A stretch of DNA of 64,000 nt from Rhina ancylostomus (lineage: Eukaryota). Positions 28,627 to 43,573 of this stretch are shown here, in pieces (position 1 is the stretch's first letter; each line of letters begins with the position of its first letter). The notes beneath the pieces are model-generated. The model searched no databases, was not told the origin of the DNA, and saw only the letters and a list, made by a program, of their open reading frames with translations. The position numbers and the translations under genes were made by a program. The stretch is from the NCBI GenBank assembly GCA_030265395.1, contig JARFYF010000055.1, positions 18,350,862 through 18,414,861 on the forward strand. Reading direction: 5' to 3'.

Positions 28627-31600
28627 TAAACCAGTAACACCAACTGCTTTGTGGTTTTTGGGGGTTCGGGGTTAAAGTAACCTCTTTTCCCTCAACACTA
28701 GATCGCCGCAACTGGGAATTATTTTCAGCTCCTTTTGCTTTATCATCAGTAGTTGGTTATTCTGAGCATTTTCTTCCCAGACTAGAAGATTTAAATGCAT
28801 GTAGCATTATTTCATATCGTCATTTGATCTTACGATCTCTATTGTCTGGTTCGAAGATCTGTGACGACACAAAGTTCAGACAAATCCATCCCAACCATGC
28901 TCACACTGATCTTTTGACTATTTCAAAATCTTAAATATTTTAATTTGTCTTCTTAAACTAAAAAAAGACATTAACAAGATCACTTTTGCACGAATTAAAG
29001 TATCTTGTGTATTCGTTCCTTTCAACATTTCTTTTTGCTCTGATTTTTATATAAAAATTATCCACTCCAAACAAAAACAAAACATTCGATCTGGAATCGA
29101 TCGCTATTTGACTGTTTTGTCGATCATGGTGTATTTTCTTGGCGAGTTAAATTGATCAGAAGCAGAGAGTTGGGCTTTGTTGAGCTTTAATAGCGTCGGG
29201 GCTACTCGCATTTCTCAGCCAAACTCTGATCACTTGTATGGTCCTCCGGCATTTCCGTCTTCTCTTCAACCCCTCCTCATCTGAGGATTTTCTGAAATTT
29301 CTTACTGCTTAACCGATGAGGAAGGTTTCCTCCTGTGGCTCTGTATCAATGTATCCCGCTGAACCAAATCCTATTATGGATAAACCCAATAGTTATTGTT
29401 TTTTTTAAAGTGGTACGAAAGAGACCATATTTGTGGCGATGTTCAGAAGTGTATTAAATAACCCGCTTTCAGCGTTAAACAAAACCCGTGTAAGCTGTGG
29501 CAGTTTTTATGGGTTCTATTCAAATATTCTCCACTACGCTCGCCCCCGAGAGTTATATTAACGGAAAGCATCATCGCCTATGTCGCCCCATTAATTATGT
29601 ATATTTATTCAACAAAAATACTGAATTTATTAAAAATCTCAACCTATGAAATTATTACAGCAGTTGAACCAATTTTAGTGTGATCGGAAATCAAGTACAT
29701 AAAGGCCATATTTTTTTTGAAGAAGACAATCTTTAACGGTTGTCAGTTAATACTACAAATTGTTCATTCAAAAATTAACCTGTTTACATTTTTGCACCAA
29801 ATATTAATCTCTGCACTCAAAATAGCCAAGGATCACAATTCACAATTAATTATTTGCAGCATCTCAAATAGGCTTTGTTAACTAATATAAGCTATCACGG
29901 CTCCTACCGAGATGCACAAATATGTCAGTTAGACATTACATCTTCAATGCCCTCAAGGTGCATATACTTTAAAGATGCCTTTAGTTGCCTTTACTCTGTT
30001 TTCATGCATATTCATTTGCTCTCTTGCAAGACTTGATCGTTTTCGGCAGAAAGCATTTAAAAATGCAAGAAGAATTAAGATGGTTACCAGAAGAAAATTG
30101 GCACTGCACTAAAGTCGTAAAAATAGTGCAGAAAGTAATTAAGCAGGAAAGGCAATGTTTTATTGACTGCAAAGCACATTGTTAGGAGACATTAGGAACA
30201 ATGTGCAGCATTACTCTTTCACTCGTCAATTGTGCTGGTGAAGATATTTTTATCACACACTGGCAAATGTGAAGCTGACCTTGATGCTGCTTTAGCTTCT
30301 TTAATTATTGGTACATACTTTACAATATTCTTGCTACTCTTCTGCTGTTTATCGGCATTTCATTCAAAGAAACACTTAGGTTTAAAGAGTGACTGATTGC
30401 GCCACAATCTTATTTTTCCATTCACATAATGAGAAACACCTGGCTAAGTTTTTGTTTTTTCATAACTGGAGTTTTCAGTTTTGACAATTACAGTTTAATT
30501 CTGAGGAAAATGGTACCAAAAGGACAATTAGACAAATACTCATTGTATAATGGCTTGAATACTTTGAGGCTATCACTGATTTCAACATTTAATTTAAAAA
30601 TAATGTTAACAACCTTCTCATCTATAGGAGATACAATAAAATTAAACTGTTTAGATAATTTTGTACATACTCAATGCAACTTTGTGTTCAAGACTGCAGT
30701 CCATGGGGGNNNNNNNNNNNNNNNNNNNNNNNNNNNNNNNNNNNNNNNNNNNNNNNNNNNNNNNNNNNNNNNNNNNNNNNNNNNNNNNNNNNNNNNNNNN
30801 NNNNNNNNNCTGCAGTCCATGGGGGGGGGGGTTCATCAATGCACATTAATTGTGGTTGATCACTTTAAAAATGTAGTGGACACAGTGTTTTACTTTGCAA
30901 ATCTCACAATTGTCTCAGTAGATGGTAATTTTTTTAAAAAAAAGAACATGATATCCCATGGATTTGCAAAAGAGATTCATCTCTAATGAGCTGGTAATAT
31001 TTGGCAGTTGTTATTCATCAAATAGTATTTTATTCCAAAGGATAAAGCAAATTTAGATGAAAGCACATTTCAAATAATTTATTGACTTATGTAATTGTAC
31101 CATTTGAACATAATGGGAAACAATTATTAACTTGGTAAAAGAAAAGCCCCCAGGCAAAGACCATACTTAAAACTCCTAATGTGCAGTTGCGTTGTATAAA
31201 ATTATACACTATAGCAAATCAAAATTTAAACAATCAATTGGATCTGCATATTTTCATCAATTAAAGTTATTTGTAATGATTCTTAATTTCTTGGCTTGAG
31301 AGTAGGTTTCATTTTGCAAAATTAAAGTTGACTAAAAAGGCATTTTACTTAGAAAACAAAAGGAATTATTTGTGCTGTCTTCAGCTCTGACAATTTAAAA
31401 AGTCTTTCATTTCCTGAATTTGCTGTTTCTTTTCTAAGTGACGATTCATTTGCACATTATGTAAACAATTAAAATTGCACTAGAATCTGACTCAATGTCT
31501 AATATATTCCACCCACTAAATATTTTGGCACTGTTTTAAATTTTGGCAATGTTACTATTGGCTCACAGCTATACTATTCTATTATTATTTCAATAAGCCA

Positions 31601-33654
31601 ATGTTCACGGAGGCCTTATGAGAAGCATCATCCTGTTAGAATACATCTGTCTCTAGTAAACACTTCACTCCAAACACCATCGCAATCTGCTATACTGGCA
31701 CACACCTTGTAGTGCAGACTGAAACTTTATATTCAAAACAATGAAAATTGCAATCTTGCAATCTATCCTGTTTCTTAGGTAATAAACAAATCTCCTGCAA
31801 AGTGTTTTATTTAATATGAATCCCAAGATGATTAGTTAAATACTATAATGAAGCATGTTACATGTGTGATGATATATGACATATTATGCATTGTAACAAA
31901 AATAGAAGCCAGCTCCTATTGAGTGTAACCCATTTACCACAATTTAACACAAACATAACTGCAGTTGAGACTAAATAAACTGACGAGTCAATATTTCTAG
32001 CTGTAACATTCAAAATATTATTAGTCCATAAAATTTGCTAATTAATTAACTTTGATTGCACAATTAAAATGTATTTTCATTGAAGTGATTGTCTCCCTCC
32101 TCCCCATCCCATGTTCAATTTAGAGGCCATGTTACTTGCATTTATTTTGGAAGAAGCTTTTCACATCACCAGCTTAAAACAAACTCACATTAAGACTAGG
32201 TTCACTAGATGTTATTCTGTTTGTAGTTAAATGAGGTAGCTGGGGATAATATAGGAATGATTCCTGATAGCTGAACATGTTCTCCTGTCCATTTTATTAT
32301 TAATAAACAAACAATATAAAAGGTCAATTCATTTCAGTCAAGTCAAACTGCACCAAGTCACCTATANNNNNNNNNNNNNNNNNNNNNNNNNNNNNNNNNN
32401 NNNNNNNNNNNNNNNNNNNNNNNNNNNNNNNNNNNNNNNNNNNNNNNNNNNNNNNNNNNNNNNNGAAACCAATAATATAGTTAAAAGTTACGGCTCTTTG
32501 CAGATATAACTGCTGCCCGATAAATGCTTCCCTGCTGAACTAGTTATGTGCATGTCTCTGATTAGTGAGTGGGAATTGATGTGATAAATCTAACTACAGA
32601 GATTTATAGTGGAAATAATATTATAAATAAAGTAAATTTCAACTCACTTCTAGTTTGATTCCACTTCTCACAATGAACCACAAGGGTGTCCCAAAACAGT
32701 AGTACGTAGTGAACCACATCACAGGACAGGGTTGAGCACTGTGCCACCTCGAATAGAATTAAGTGCCCACATCAAAATTTAAATTTGACTATTTTAAGAA
32801 ATGGCTCTTTTAAATATGAAAATGGAAACACCTGTATTTTACTTATTTTTCACCTGTAACCTGTAACCTTTTGTAAAAGCTGTTCAAACACTTAAAGTAG
32901 CATTTAGTGGGATGAAAAGCTAAAGAAAGAACATCTGAATGTAGTTAAACAGTATACAAGCTGGGCCATTGAAAAGCTGTAATATTGCTCTGGCTTCAAA
33001 TTCTGCAGGCTTGGATTAAAGAAACTATTTCACCCATACTGTCTACTCCCTTTATCAATCGCAACAGTTTTTGTGTATTTAATATTGCCAGCCTGAAATT
33101 TTGCCGAATCAGAATTGCAACAGTCTAAGTTGATGTTATCCCAGTGGTTAAGATTGCTTCTTGGGATAGAAAAAGTTTATCTGCGGTAAGAGCTAGGTGG
33201 GAATGAGTATTGTCTCCTCACTCCCAAATGCCCCATCTGGGAGAGGTCACTTGACTTTTTTTCTTGCACTGTAGCACAGGAGTTCTTGGTACAGTGTTGT
33301 CTTATTCTCTGACCTTATCTGTCAGCTTCCAAAGTTTTGGTTCTCTAAATGATACAAGATGATTCCTGATCAATAATAAGACAATATTTTAATTAATTAT
33401 TCCTCCTCCAATTGAAAATATTCAGTAAAGATGAGGTGCTGAGTCAAATGGAGGAATAGAATGAAATTATTGATATGTTTGCAGCATAATCATTAGAATT
33501 TTTGGATAATTTTTTAATGTGAAAATAGTTTCCACACTCAATCTTAGAATAATATTGTTGATTAATGTGCACCATTTTCAGAAATATATGGTTTTGCATT
33601 CTTCTGCAAAGTATTGTACAGTCCTGTTAATCTGGTATGAAGTCTTTTAAAAAT

Positions 33655-33840
33655 TATCTCATTGGATGAGGATGTCACTGGCAAAGCCAGGATTTATAGG
33701 CATCGCTAAATGCCCTTGAGAAGCTGGCGGTGAGCCACCTTGATCCTTTACATTCCTTCCGGTGAATGTACACCCTCAGAGATAGTAGGCAGAGAGTTCT
33801 AGGATTTTGACCCAGTGGTGATGACAGGTGAGATATATGG
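33655..33840 (-). mobile_element. 3' end of the same LINE family as 5579-6582
   Basis: 'ggatgtcactggcaaagccagg...tgcccttgagaagctggcggtgagccacctt' is the reverse complement of about 6480-6570. Confidence 0.65.
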
Positions 33841-34745
33841 GAAAACAAGGAATTATTTCAAGACACTCCTAAAAGGGATGTACAGTTAGTTTGATATAAG
33901 TAGTGGTTCGAACCACAATATGAACACCTTTATGAACCTGACTGGAAGATTTGTTTTTATTCCTAAGGTTGCTGGTGCTTCTCAGTCATTGCTCTTAACT
34001 GGGCGACATTTTGATTCTCACGGCTGAGGCAGTTGAGGCCTGGTTCCTCTGTGGGCATCCACTCATGGTGAAAGGACTCACTGAGCCAACATTGCTGTTT
34101 ACATCCAACCTCAAAATAACAGACTGTGGAGTAATAGTGATGACAGGCACAGGACAAGTGCCCACACAGGTACCACCTCACTGATTGGGGCATGACTGAC
34201 AGGCGTGGAGGGCAGAAGTGGAGAAAATGTACTTGATAAAAATAAGCTTTATAATTAATCATTTTATTTCATTGTTACCCATTTATGTAAATCAACAAAA
34301 AAATTAACATAGTTATTCACTGCACCAGCTAGCACATTGGAGATGCTTTGGAAACAAAGCTCTAGATATCTATTGCTGGTGCCAAGGGGTGTTTCTGAAG
34401 CAAGCTGTTAGAAGGCAAGTTCATTACTCCTTATCTCAGAAGAGGTACTCCCACAGAGGTGAACACTCAAACTAATGCGATTCATCCTTACTGTCAGAGG
34501 CAGATTAAATGCANNNNNNNNNNNNNNNNNNNNNNNNNNNNNNNNNNNNNNNNNNNNNNNNNNNNNNNNNNNNNNNNNNNNNNNNNNNNNNNNNNNNNNN
34601 NNNNNNNNNNNNNNNNNNNNNNNNNNNNNNNNNNNNNNNNNNNNNNNNNNNNNNNNNNNNNNNNNNNNNNNNNNNNNNNNNNNNNNNNNNNNNNNNNNNN
34701 NNNNNNNNNNNNNNNNNNNNNNNNNNNNNNNNNNNNNNNNNNNNN

Positions 34746-34849
<104 letters not shown>

Positions 34850-36844
34850 TAAATATCAAACATAGAATACATTCATTCAGCATTAATTATCATCTGAGAT
34901 TGGTGCTTTAATCAGCAGCAATTACTGTTCATGAATAGGTTTATTCATTACTTTAAATGTAATTGCAGAGCTGTGCTGTACAGTGATATCGATTAGTATA
35001 TATTTACTCTGAAAACTTAAATACATAGTAAAAGATAATATGGAGAGTATTCATGTAGGATTGACAGCCATTTCAAAGCAGTATTAATTAATTGCAGTAT
35101 TTAACCCATAAATGGGAAAACCCAGTGCTAAAAATGCAACTGATGCTGAAGATATGAAACTATAGATATTTAACAGCGAAAGAGGACATACATCTGGAAA
35201 AACAATACACCAACCAATGTGCTGCACAACTTGTATTCTTGGCTATGTTGCTGCAGAGAGATATTGATGTAAAGCTATATCTGTAATCAGAGCATGAGAG
35301 ACATGCAATGTACATACCACTGGTATTTACATTCAAAATATTCAAATCCTTTCGCTGAATAATTTACTTACTATCAATAAGTAAATAGAAGCAAATGAAA
35401 TAGAAGATTTTGTGGGTTTTAGCCAGCTTGGATCTTTGTGAACTATAGTCTTGGAAGGTACTATGCCTGCCCCATATGTTCAGGGTTTAGAAACTGCTGT
35501 TCTTTTCAGACAAGGCTTCTGATCCAAGGATAGAATAAAGACAGGTTTTAAATCACATTGCAGATATGGTAAGCCACGGAAATGTTCTGCCTCCTCTATA
35601 AGGATCTGAACTATGGAACCTTGCTGTTTATTTGCTAACTGGGCTGTACTCTTCTTTCTATTGGTTCCTATTAACCAAAGAACCAGGAACTGACAACAAA
35701 GAAGTCAGCATCATTAGCGGCCAAATGAGGAGTACAACCTCAACTGGAAAAATCTAGGGATTTTATTTAATGATCCCTACTTATTTAAAGTATTTTTTTG
35801 AAGATAACTTAAACTTCAGAAAAAACATGTTTGCCTGTTCTGCCTTGTGTGATCATTTGCTTTTGTAAGAACTAAAGTAGCAGACATTTGGAAATAGTTA
35901 CATTTTATGTTGCCAGCTATGCAGAGGGTAACTTTAAATCAAATTAAAATAAATAATATGGAGCACCATGGATATTGATGCACAGCTCAGACTCTGGCTG
36001 CATCTTTCGTGAGAAGCACCTGAAAATAGCGAGTAAAAGCTTCGGTCCATAATTTTAAAATTCATGTCTGAATATAACGTAATTTGGGAAGGAATAAAAA
36101 ATGACCTCAGGAAAATTACATCACCTTATCACCACAAAGGAAATTCTGAAGAAGATTTTTTTGTTAGTCCCACTATTGTGTGAGATTTATGAAGTGCCTT
36201 GTTTTTTCTGCAAAAGAATGATTGGAATGGGAAACCATGGATGAGAATTCTTGTTTAGTTTGTGCTCCTTGGTTGTGATAGGCGTGTATAACCCAGAATG
36301 TTCACTGCAGGTTCACTCATTGAGATGTGAAGACTCGATTTAAGGCATCTGATTTAACCCAAGTGAATTATTGCTTAGCTAGCCAAGGAAAATAACACTC
36401 AATCCCTTAAGAATTAAAAAAAAGTGAAATTTCCTCTGTTCTATTGTGGAATGTTTGAGAAATACTGAGCGATTTGTTAGGTTTTGAAAGCAGTACAATG
36501 CTTTTCCACATATGATCCTACATAAACGACATTGTAACTATTGGGCAGGTGTTCATTCCTGACTAATTGCCACTGAAGATCAACTCTGCAATTAGCATTA
36601 ATTATTTAACTCGGGGTTTCTATGAATGGGTATATTCAAATAACAAGGTCCCCTCTGCGTGACTAAGTTCCAGCTATGGAAAAGGAACATGAGAAAACTG
36701 TCAGACTGTCAAATGTGTATTTGGTGGCTTATGTGAGGGCAAGAAAGTTTCAAAGGAGGCTACATCTGAGAGCAGCACTTTTTGAAATGATCACCAGGTT
36801 TAAAAAAAAACTGGTGTTTATAAGATGAAGAGTTAGATTCATAA

Positions 36845-37300
36845 CTCATAGAGTTAGAGTTATATGGTATAGAAATGGGCCCTCCAGTCCAACTAGTCCA
36901 TGCCAACTGAGATACCTTCCCATGCTAGTCCCATTTACCTGCATTTGGCCCAAATCCTTCTAAACCTTTCTTATCCATGTACCTGTTTAAATATCTTTCA
37001 AATGTTGTAATTGAATATGCCTCTACAGATTCATCTGGCAGCTTGTTCCACATACCCACCACCCTCTGCGTGAAAAATTTACCCTGCAGGTCTCCTTTAA
37101 ATCTTTGCCCTCTCACCTGAAACCTATGCCCTCCAGTTTTAAACTCTCCTACCCTGGGAGAAAGACCGTGACCATCCAACCTATCTATGTCCCTCATGAC
37201 TTTATAAACCTTTATAAGGTCACCCCTCAGTCTCCTTCACAGTCCCTGTCTCTTCTTATAACTCAAGCCCCCCAGTCCCAGCAACATCCTTGTGAATCTT
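36845..37300 (-). mobile_element. CR1-like LINE 3' end
   Basis: Minus ORF 36925-37197: GHRFQVRGQRFKGDLQGKFFTQRVVGMWNKLP...YMDKKGLEGFGPNAGKWD. Confidence 0.9.
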
Positions 37301-40125
37301 TACTTGGTTCCCACAACAACCAGAAACAAAGGCAGAGATACCATTTAATTTTCCATTATAAATACATTAACTCTTATCTAATGTTTCAGAGTACATTAAT
37401 TATAGATTTTGAAAAAGTGCAGTTATTACAACAGAAGGTTTGTCTATTTACTTTTAATTGAGAAACCTCAGGTGAAAGTCCAAGGCCTAAAGCTCAGACA
37501 TCAAAAGAGTAGGAAAGAAGATGAGAAGTATTGATTCAGTGACACTAAGATTGGTTTTAAATGCTTGCAGATTATTAGTGTAAGGGATGACCAAGAAGGT
37601 AAGACATCTTGCAGTTGTGGCCATGAGGTTTGAGTTACAGCAGGAGCTGTTGCAGCCAGCCTAGGCAGACACTGTAAGGCTGCCAACAATGCTCCAGCAA
37701 TGACGACTGCCCTGGCATTCAGGTTCCACACCATCTTCCTCAAGGTCTGTTACAGGGTGACCACTGCACTCACCTTTAGACCATTTCAATATGTAGTCCG
37801 AGGTCCTATAATGAGCATCAGACCAGGACTGCTATTTTAGACTCAGCTAAAGGAGTATGTACCATGCAGGCTTTACACATTTTTAGCTGGTGTTCTGAAG
37901 TGCTGGAGGAGCCAAGCAGGTAAGGTATTAGCTTTTTTGTGGGAGGTAGAGAAGTCAAGTTCTCCTGAGCTCTACAAAACAGTCCAAGACATTGCCATGA
38001 TGAAGTCTCCCTCCACCTTTCCTGCAACCAATCAGTTTTGTTTCATTAACACCCAGACTGGCTCTCAAAATCTACTGAGTATCCTCAGCTGCAAGCTGAG
38101 TGTCCATAAAACACATGGAGGAAAGATCTACCTCCAGATTTCAAGACCGAAAATGTACGGGGGAAGGGGGAGCACTGGAATCTACAGAACAAACCAAACC
38201 AAACCAGGGCCTGTTTGATCCAGATGGTCTGTCCTGATATTTTAATGCTCCATGTAAGCCTCCTCCCACTAAACTTGATTTAATGTTATTTAGGATACGG
38301 TATTTAGGAGTGAGGAATTGGAGGGGAACAATAACTACTTTAGTAGCAATAAAATGGAAAAATAAATGTAATCTAAATCTAGATCTAACTGGCATCTTTT
38401 AAACCTATGATAAAAAGCAGGACCTCAGCACAAAATCCCCACAAGCCTACTTATGCAGAAACACATCTCATTAAACTTATCTCATTAAACACAGCCTTTA
38501 TTTTTCCCAGAATTTAACAGTGAATCATTATTCATCTTTCAATCTTGATTGTGAATCTCAGCAGCCTGTGTCCTTGCCTGACATCACATTTGTGTACTTC
38601 CACATTTGGCTGATAATTCTCACCTAATGGGTCATCTGAACTGTACAGCAGGGGTTAAATAAAGCTGAGACTCTTATTAGAGATAATCCAAAAATGTGGA
38701 CAATGGAGGAAAGCTAGTTATCCTCTGCCTCTTTCTGTGGCTTAAACCTTCGTGGTGATGTATTCCCACAACAGTATTAGGTAAGGAATTCCAGAAGTTT
38801 GTCCTAACAATGATGGAGAAACAGGTTTATTTGTCCAGGTCATGATGCTGGCTGTTATTTGTCTGAAGTAACTTAGATACTTGCTGACAGCTCACTGGTC
38901 TACCCTAGGAGCACTTTTTACCTTTCTGGACAATTCTGATCCAAGCAGAAGGTGCCTTGTCTAGGTTGCTGTCAAGGTTTAATAGAGCAGAGCAATTACT
39001 TATAATGCATTTAGTTAGTGTACACATTTAGTTCCCAGTCCAAATATTTTAAGGTAGACATTATGATAAGTAAGTATGGATAAGAAGTAATCAGTACTTT
39101 TAGAGGTGTATTAAAGGGAAGTAAATTAATAATGACAACAGTGTCTTTTCCTTTATATCTGAACAAATGGGGACATTTCTGTTTTACTAATGGGCATGTT
39201 ACAGATTTTAAAGTGGATTATTTATTAGAGATTTTGAAAAATAAGATGGTTCATAAGACTAAGGGAGCGATCATGTATGTTGTCTTTGCACCTTGCTGGG
39301 TTGAAGTGAGACTGCATCAAATGGGGTACACTGATCTGACATGAATTTATGAGAAGGTTACAAAACATCAGCTCTTTGTGTGTGTGCACAGTAATTGTAA
39401 GTTAATCGAAAATGATACCATTTCAAATAATCGAATTGATAATGCCACCTGCTTCCACTGTTGTGATATCTATACAGCTTACAGGAGTGACATTGCTTCA
39501 TCTCTTGGTGGTTTTGATGTTCACTTCCCTTTGCTGCAGTTGTTTTCATCCATTTTACACTTGTGGACTTGCTCCAGCAAATGTAGAAGCAAGGTATTCA
39601 AGAGAAGACAAGAGATTATTAACAGGAAAACAGTTTGAAAATCCTGCATTTCTTGACCATGATAGGGACAATAGTTTTAATTTTCACCGTGCTTGTCACA
39701 GTGAGGCTGTACAATTCATTTCAGGTATTCTCCTAATTAGGTTGTTGCAAATCCTGTTAAGGGTATCTTCCATATAAAGTTCGTTGGTGGAGTTCTCCCT
39801 TTGGAATTATGCTACTTTCAGAATGGCTATTGGTAAGAGTGTTTTACAGAGGCTGATTTTGCAGCAAAATTCTAATCAGTGAATCTGGTGCATAGTTTAC
39901 CTTAGTCTTTCATGAAACATTGAAAGACAAATTATTCCAACAAACCAGAAATTGAATGTATAAGCCTCATATTTATTCAAGCGTTCTTGCATTTGGTTGA
40001 TTGGTATTAGACCACTGAGTGGGTTTTAAATGAGTGGCAGCTGATAAGTTTAAAGAATGATGTGAGGAGTGTGAATTGACGTTATTTTCCTTAATTGAAG
40101 CCAACAGCAGATTAGGTCAGTCATG

Positions 40126-40169
40126 ACCACCTCAGAGTCAGTGTCAGAGTCAGTCACCTCAGAGTCAGT
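40126..40169. repeat. Short tandem repeat, three copies of TCAGAGTCAGT
   Basis: 'acctcagagtcagtgtcagagtcagtcacctcagagtcagt'. Confidence 0.85.
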
Positions 40170-41340
40170 TGCCTGAGCAAGCTGATGTTTTTGCTGCATT
40201 GTGTCATTTGATGGGACCACAAAGACCAGTCCCTCTCCCATGGGTCATGAAGTAAAGTTACAGAACTATATGTGCTGTCAACTGCATTAGCTTACATATT
40301 GATACAACAGTGCCTTTCTAAAACAGGGAACTATAAAGGGCCCCATACCGGTAGGTCACATATGCAATGCAAAATAATGTTTTGCTGGAGTTTTAAGAAG
40401 TGTCTAAAAATGGTGGGGAACATAAGTGTGCAGATGCACAATATAAACCAATGAGGAGACTTTTAGTTTATTTGATGGCAAAAGGAGTGACCTTTACTTT
40501 GTTTCTCCAGTTTACTAATTATTAAAAGTGAATATTTAGAAGTAGAACTCAGAATGTGAGTGCAAAGCGTGAGAATATTTTTGAAAGTTGCCAATCACAC
40601 CTCATAGTAAAGGAGTTAAGCATGTCCACACAGATAGAAATGTTACTGTGAATATGGTGTATCAGTTTGAAGAGATGTTTATCAGCTATATTTTTCCGTT
40701 GAGAAACAGTAGCTGCTTTTTTTTAACACTAAAGTACAGCGCTGCGGTGGAATACTTAACCCTTTGAGTACTGTAGAATCTTTTGCACACTGAATATGCT
40801 CCACATCATATAATTGTGATCTGTTAATGTTATAAACTATACAAAGAAAAACATTCTCCACATGCAAACATATCAATATATTATTTTCAGTGTTATACAG
40901 GGGGACTATCAATGATTGCCCTCCGTACAGGGTTTTGCATACTCAATGGTCTGAAGTCATTCTTGGAGACTCAGTACTTTTAGCGATCTCACACTATTAT
41001 AGCATTAAGGAAACTGGATATAAACCAAAATATAAAAATAGCCATTAAAGTAAAATGAAAATAAGTCCTTTGAGGCTGTCGTTTAGAAGCTGCTTGAACA
41101 GATGACGACCACTGGTGGTAGTCTGACTGGTGTATCACAAGGAAAAAAGCAAACTACCGTGAATACTGATAAATAACCAGAAAATGCTGCATATTTAGGC
41201 AGCACATGTGGAGAGAGAAACAGTAATGTTCCTAACTACCNNNNNNNNNNNNNNNNNNNNNNNNNNNNNNNNNNNNNNNNNNNNNNNNNNNNNNNNNNNN
41301 NNNNNNNNNNNNNNNNNNNNNNNNNNNNNNNNNNNNNNNN

Positions 41341-41700
41341 CCACCACCTCCTCTGGCAGCAAGTTCCAGATATCAACCACTCTCTGTATAAAAAAAAATT
41401 ACCACTCAGATCCCTTTAAAACTCCTTTCTCTCATCTTGAGGCTATGCCCTCTTATATTTGATACTCCTACCATAGGTAAAAAGATTCTGACTATCTACC
41501 CTATCAATTCCCCTCATAATCTTGCATACCTCTATCAGGTCACTGCTCAGCCCCCTTCACTCCAGAGAAAACAAACCCAGCCTATACAGTGTCTTCCCAT
41601 AACGAAAGTCCTCCAGTCCAAGCAATATTTTGGTCAATTTCCTCTGCAATCTCTCCAATACAATTATATCCTTCCTATATGTTCTGGTGTGGTGACCAGA
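41341..41700 (-). mobile_element. CR1-like LINE fragment
   Basis: Similar to 37030-37300 and 54820-55260; minus frame reads VVDIWNLLPEEVV. Confidence 0.8.
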
Positions 41701-43421
41701 CTGTGCACAAGGTCAGGCAGCATCTGTGGAAGGAGAAATTAACTCTTATGTTTCAGGCCCTAGACCCTTGATTTTTTAATTTTTATTTTCATTTAATGAC
41801 AAAAATTGCAGTCAGTCCTGCTGACATAATTGAGATTCAAACTAGATTTATTGAAAAATCCTTAGTGGCTTTGGATAGCCCTCCTACCTGCCTGTCCAGG
41901 AAAACAGATGAAACTTAAAAAACAATGGCTCCAGGGTGATTAGGCTACTTCGATGTCTTTAACTGCTCCTACACCTGCGTTCCATCGTTCTCAATAACAG
42001 TATTTATTCATATTCAAGTGCCAAAGATGGGAATCTTTTAAAGGACTAGCTGTATCAAAAAAGGAAGAGAGTAACAGGATCACAAAGATCAATGCATCCA
42101 TGTTTGAATATTCTTCTGGAAGAACAATACTTGAACAATTGAGGGGAGGTGACTTATGCAAGACCATGATTTAAATATCAATATTATTTTTCAATCTTAC
42201 TGCTGATTGCGTGATGTATTAATTGGTAATTGTCACTTTACTGTGAGTCCTGGTCAAAGCAAACTTTATATGATGTTCTGTTTTGGAGTAATTTTGCAAT
42301 CTAACTGTTGCAGGTATTCACTGTCAACAATGATAATTGATTATGCACAAAGAGAATCTGTATTAACTGACAATTACATTTGTTGGTTCAGTTAAAAACA
42401 AACATGCAAGTCATACAAAACTAAATATCTGTGCACACACCTACTAGGTTTCTCTGACCCTCCCTAAACAGTCAAAGAATAGAAAAGGTTATACTCGGGA
42501 TTAGGAATTCACGCTGGCCAGGCATTCCTCTTGATCCCAAAATAATCTCCACATTTCCGACATGGGGTCACCACTTCTGCAGTGGTTGGTCTCCAGGGTT
42601 TTCGCTGCTTCTACACCTGAGAACCTCCATTTTTATCCTCTTTCTTATCAGATTGAACTGTTGTGTTTCAATTTCATTGGCTCAGGCTTATCTGGCTAGC
42701 CTGTGTCAGCTTCTCATTGAATCTGGCCCAAGGCTACAAGCAGTTCTTTATTGCTCTTCTGCCAGACTTGTGCCTCATGTCACTTTCTTTGTTCACCCTG
42801 AGACAGACCAGTTCAAACCAGCTTAGCCGGGTCAGCCAAACACTGGGCTCAGGCTTCTTCAGGTTCTTTCCATAAGCCTGCCATTTCTACTAACCAAATA
42901 AATAGCTTCTATTTAGAAATTATCTCTTTATAAAGAAGATTATTGTTAGGGACCTCACTGTGTCCACTTTCAGTTGCTCTGATCAAACCATACCTGAGCA
43001 AGAACCAGTTCACAAAACAGTTCACACAATGGTAGCCGTAAGACCAGTCTCACAAAATGGCAGCCTCCATTCCTTCCACCACATGGCAAGAACAAAGACA
43101 TTTGATTTGTTTGCTTCCAATGTCCTTGGCTCATTCCAGTTAGCTGCTTTGCAGATTTTAATTCCTTTATGGCCAACATAATATACCCAACACAGTTCCA
43201 TGAATAACCAGAGTGGATATTGTGAATTCAAGCACAAAGGGCAATCAACATTCCCTGTTGATGCTCCACTAATCAAATAATTGCATATGTTGACCCTTCT
43301 AACCAAATTTCTGTTCCTGTTATATGATGGTCTATACTAGGAGTGCTAAGCCATAAGATTTAAGATTTAAATTAAGCAGAGCTGGCTCACATAGACAACA
43401 ACCTGTTTTCTTTCCCCCAAG

Positions 43422-43573
43422 ATACTGTGGAGAAGAGGATACAACTTATCAATAATTACTTCACCTACAGCCTGTACCTCAATGTCTGCAGGAGCCTATT
43501 TGAGAAGCACAAGCTCATGTTTGCTTTCCTGGTGTGCGTGAGGATCATGATGAATGATGACAGGATTGACATG
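43422..43573 (+). other. Isolated axonemal dynein heavy chain exon (DNAH1-like), 152 nt, open frame, intact splice sites
   Basis: Acceptor 'ctgttttctttcccccaag', peptide TVEKRIQLINNYFTYSLYLNVCRSLFEKHKLMFAFLVCVRIMMNDDRIDM, donor gtcagt. YSLY.NVCRSLFEKHKLMFAFL.CVRIMMN matches DNAH1 as I recall it. No neighbouring dynein exons were recognised. Confidence 0.85.

Noticed and set aside
30693-30830. Duplicated 'ctgcagtccatggggg' around a gap, and ORFs crossing it
   Set aside because: Contig overlap at a poly-G run; the ORFs are inflated by Ns.
43422-43573. Calling a complete nested DNAH1 gene or a processed pseudogene
   Set aside because: Only one exon is recognisable and it keeps intronic splice signals, so neither call is supported.
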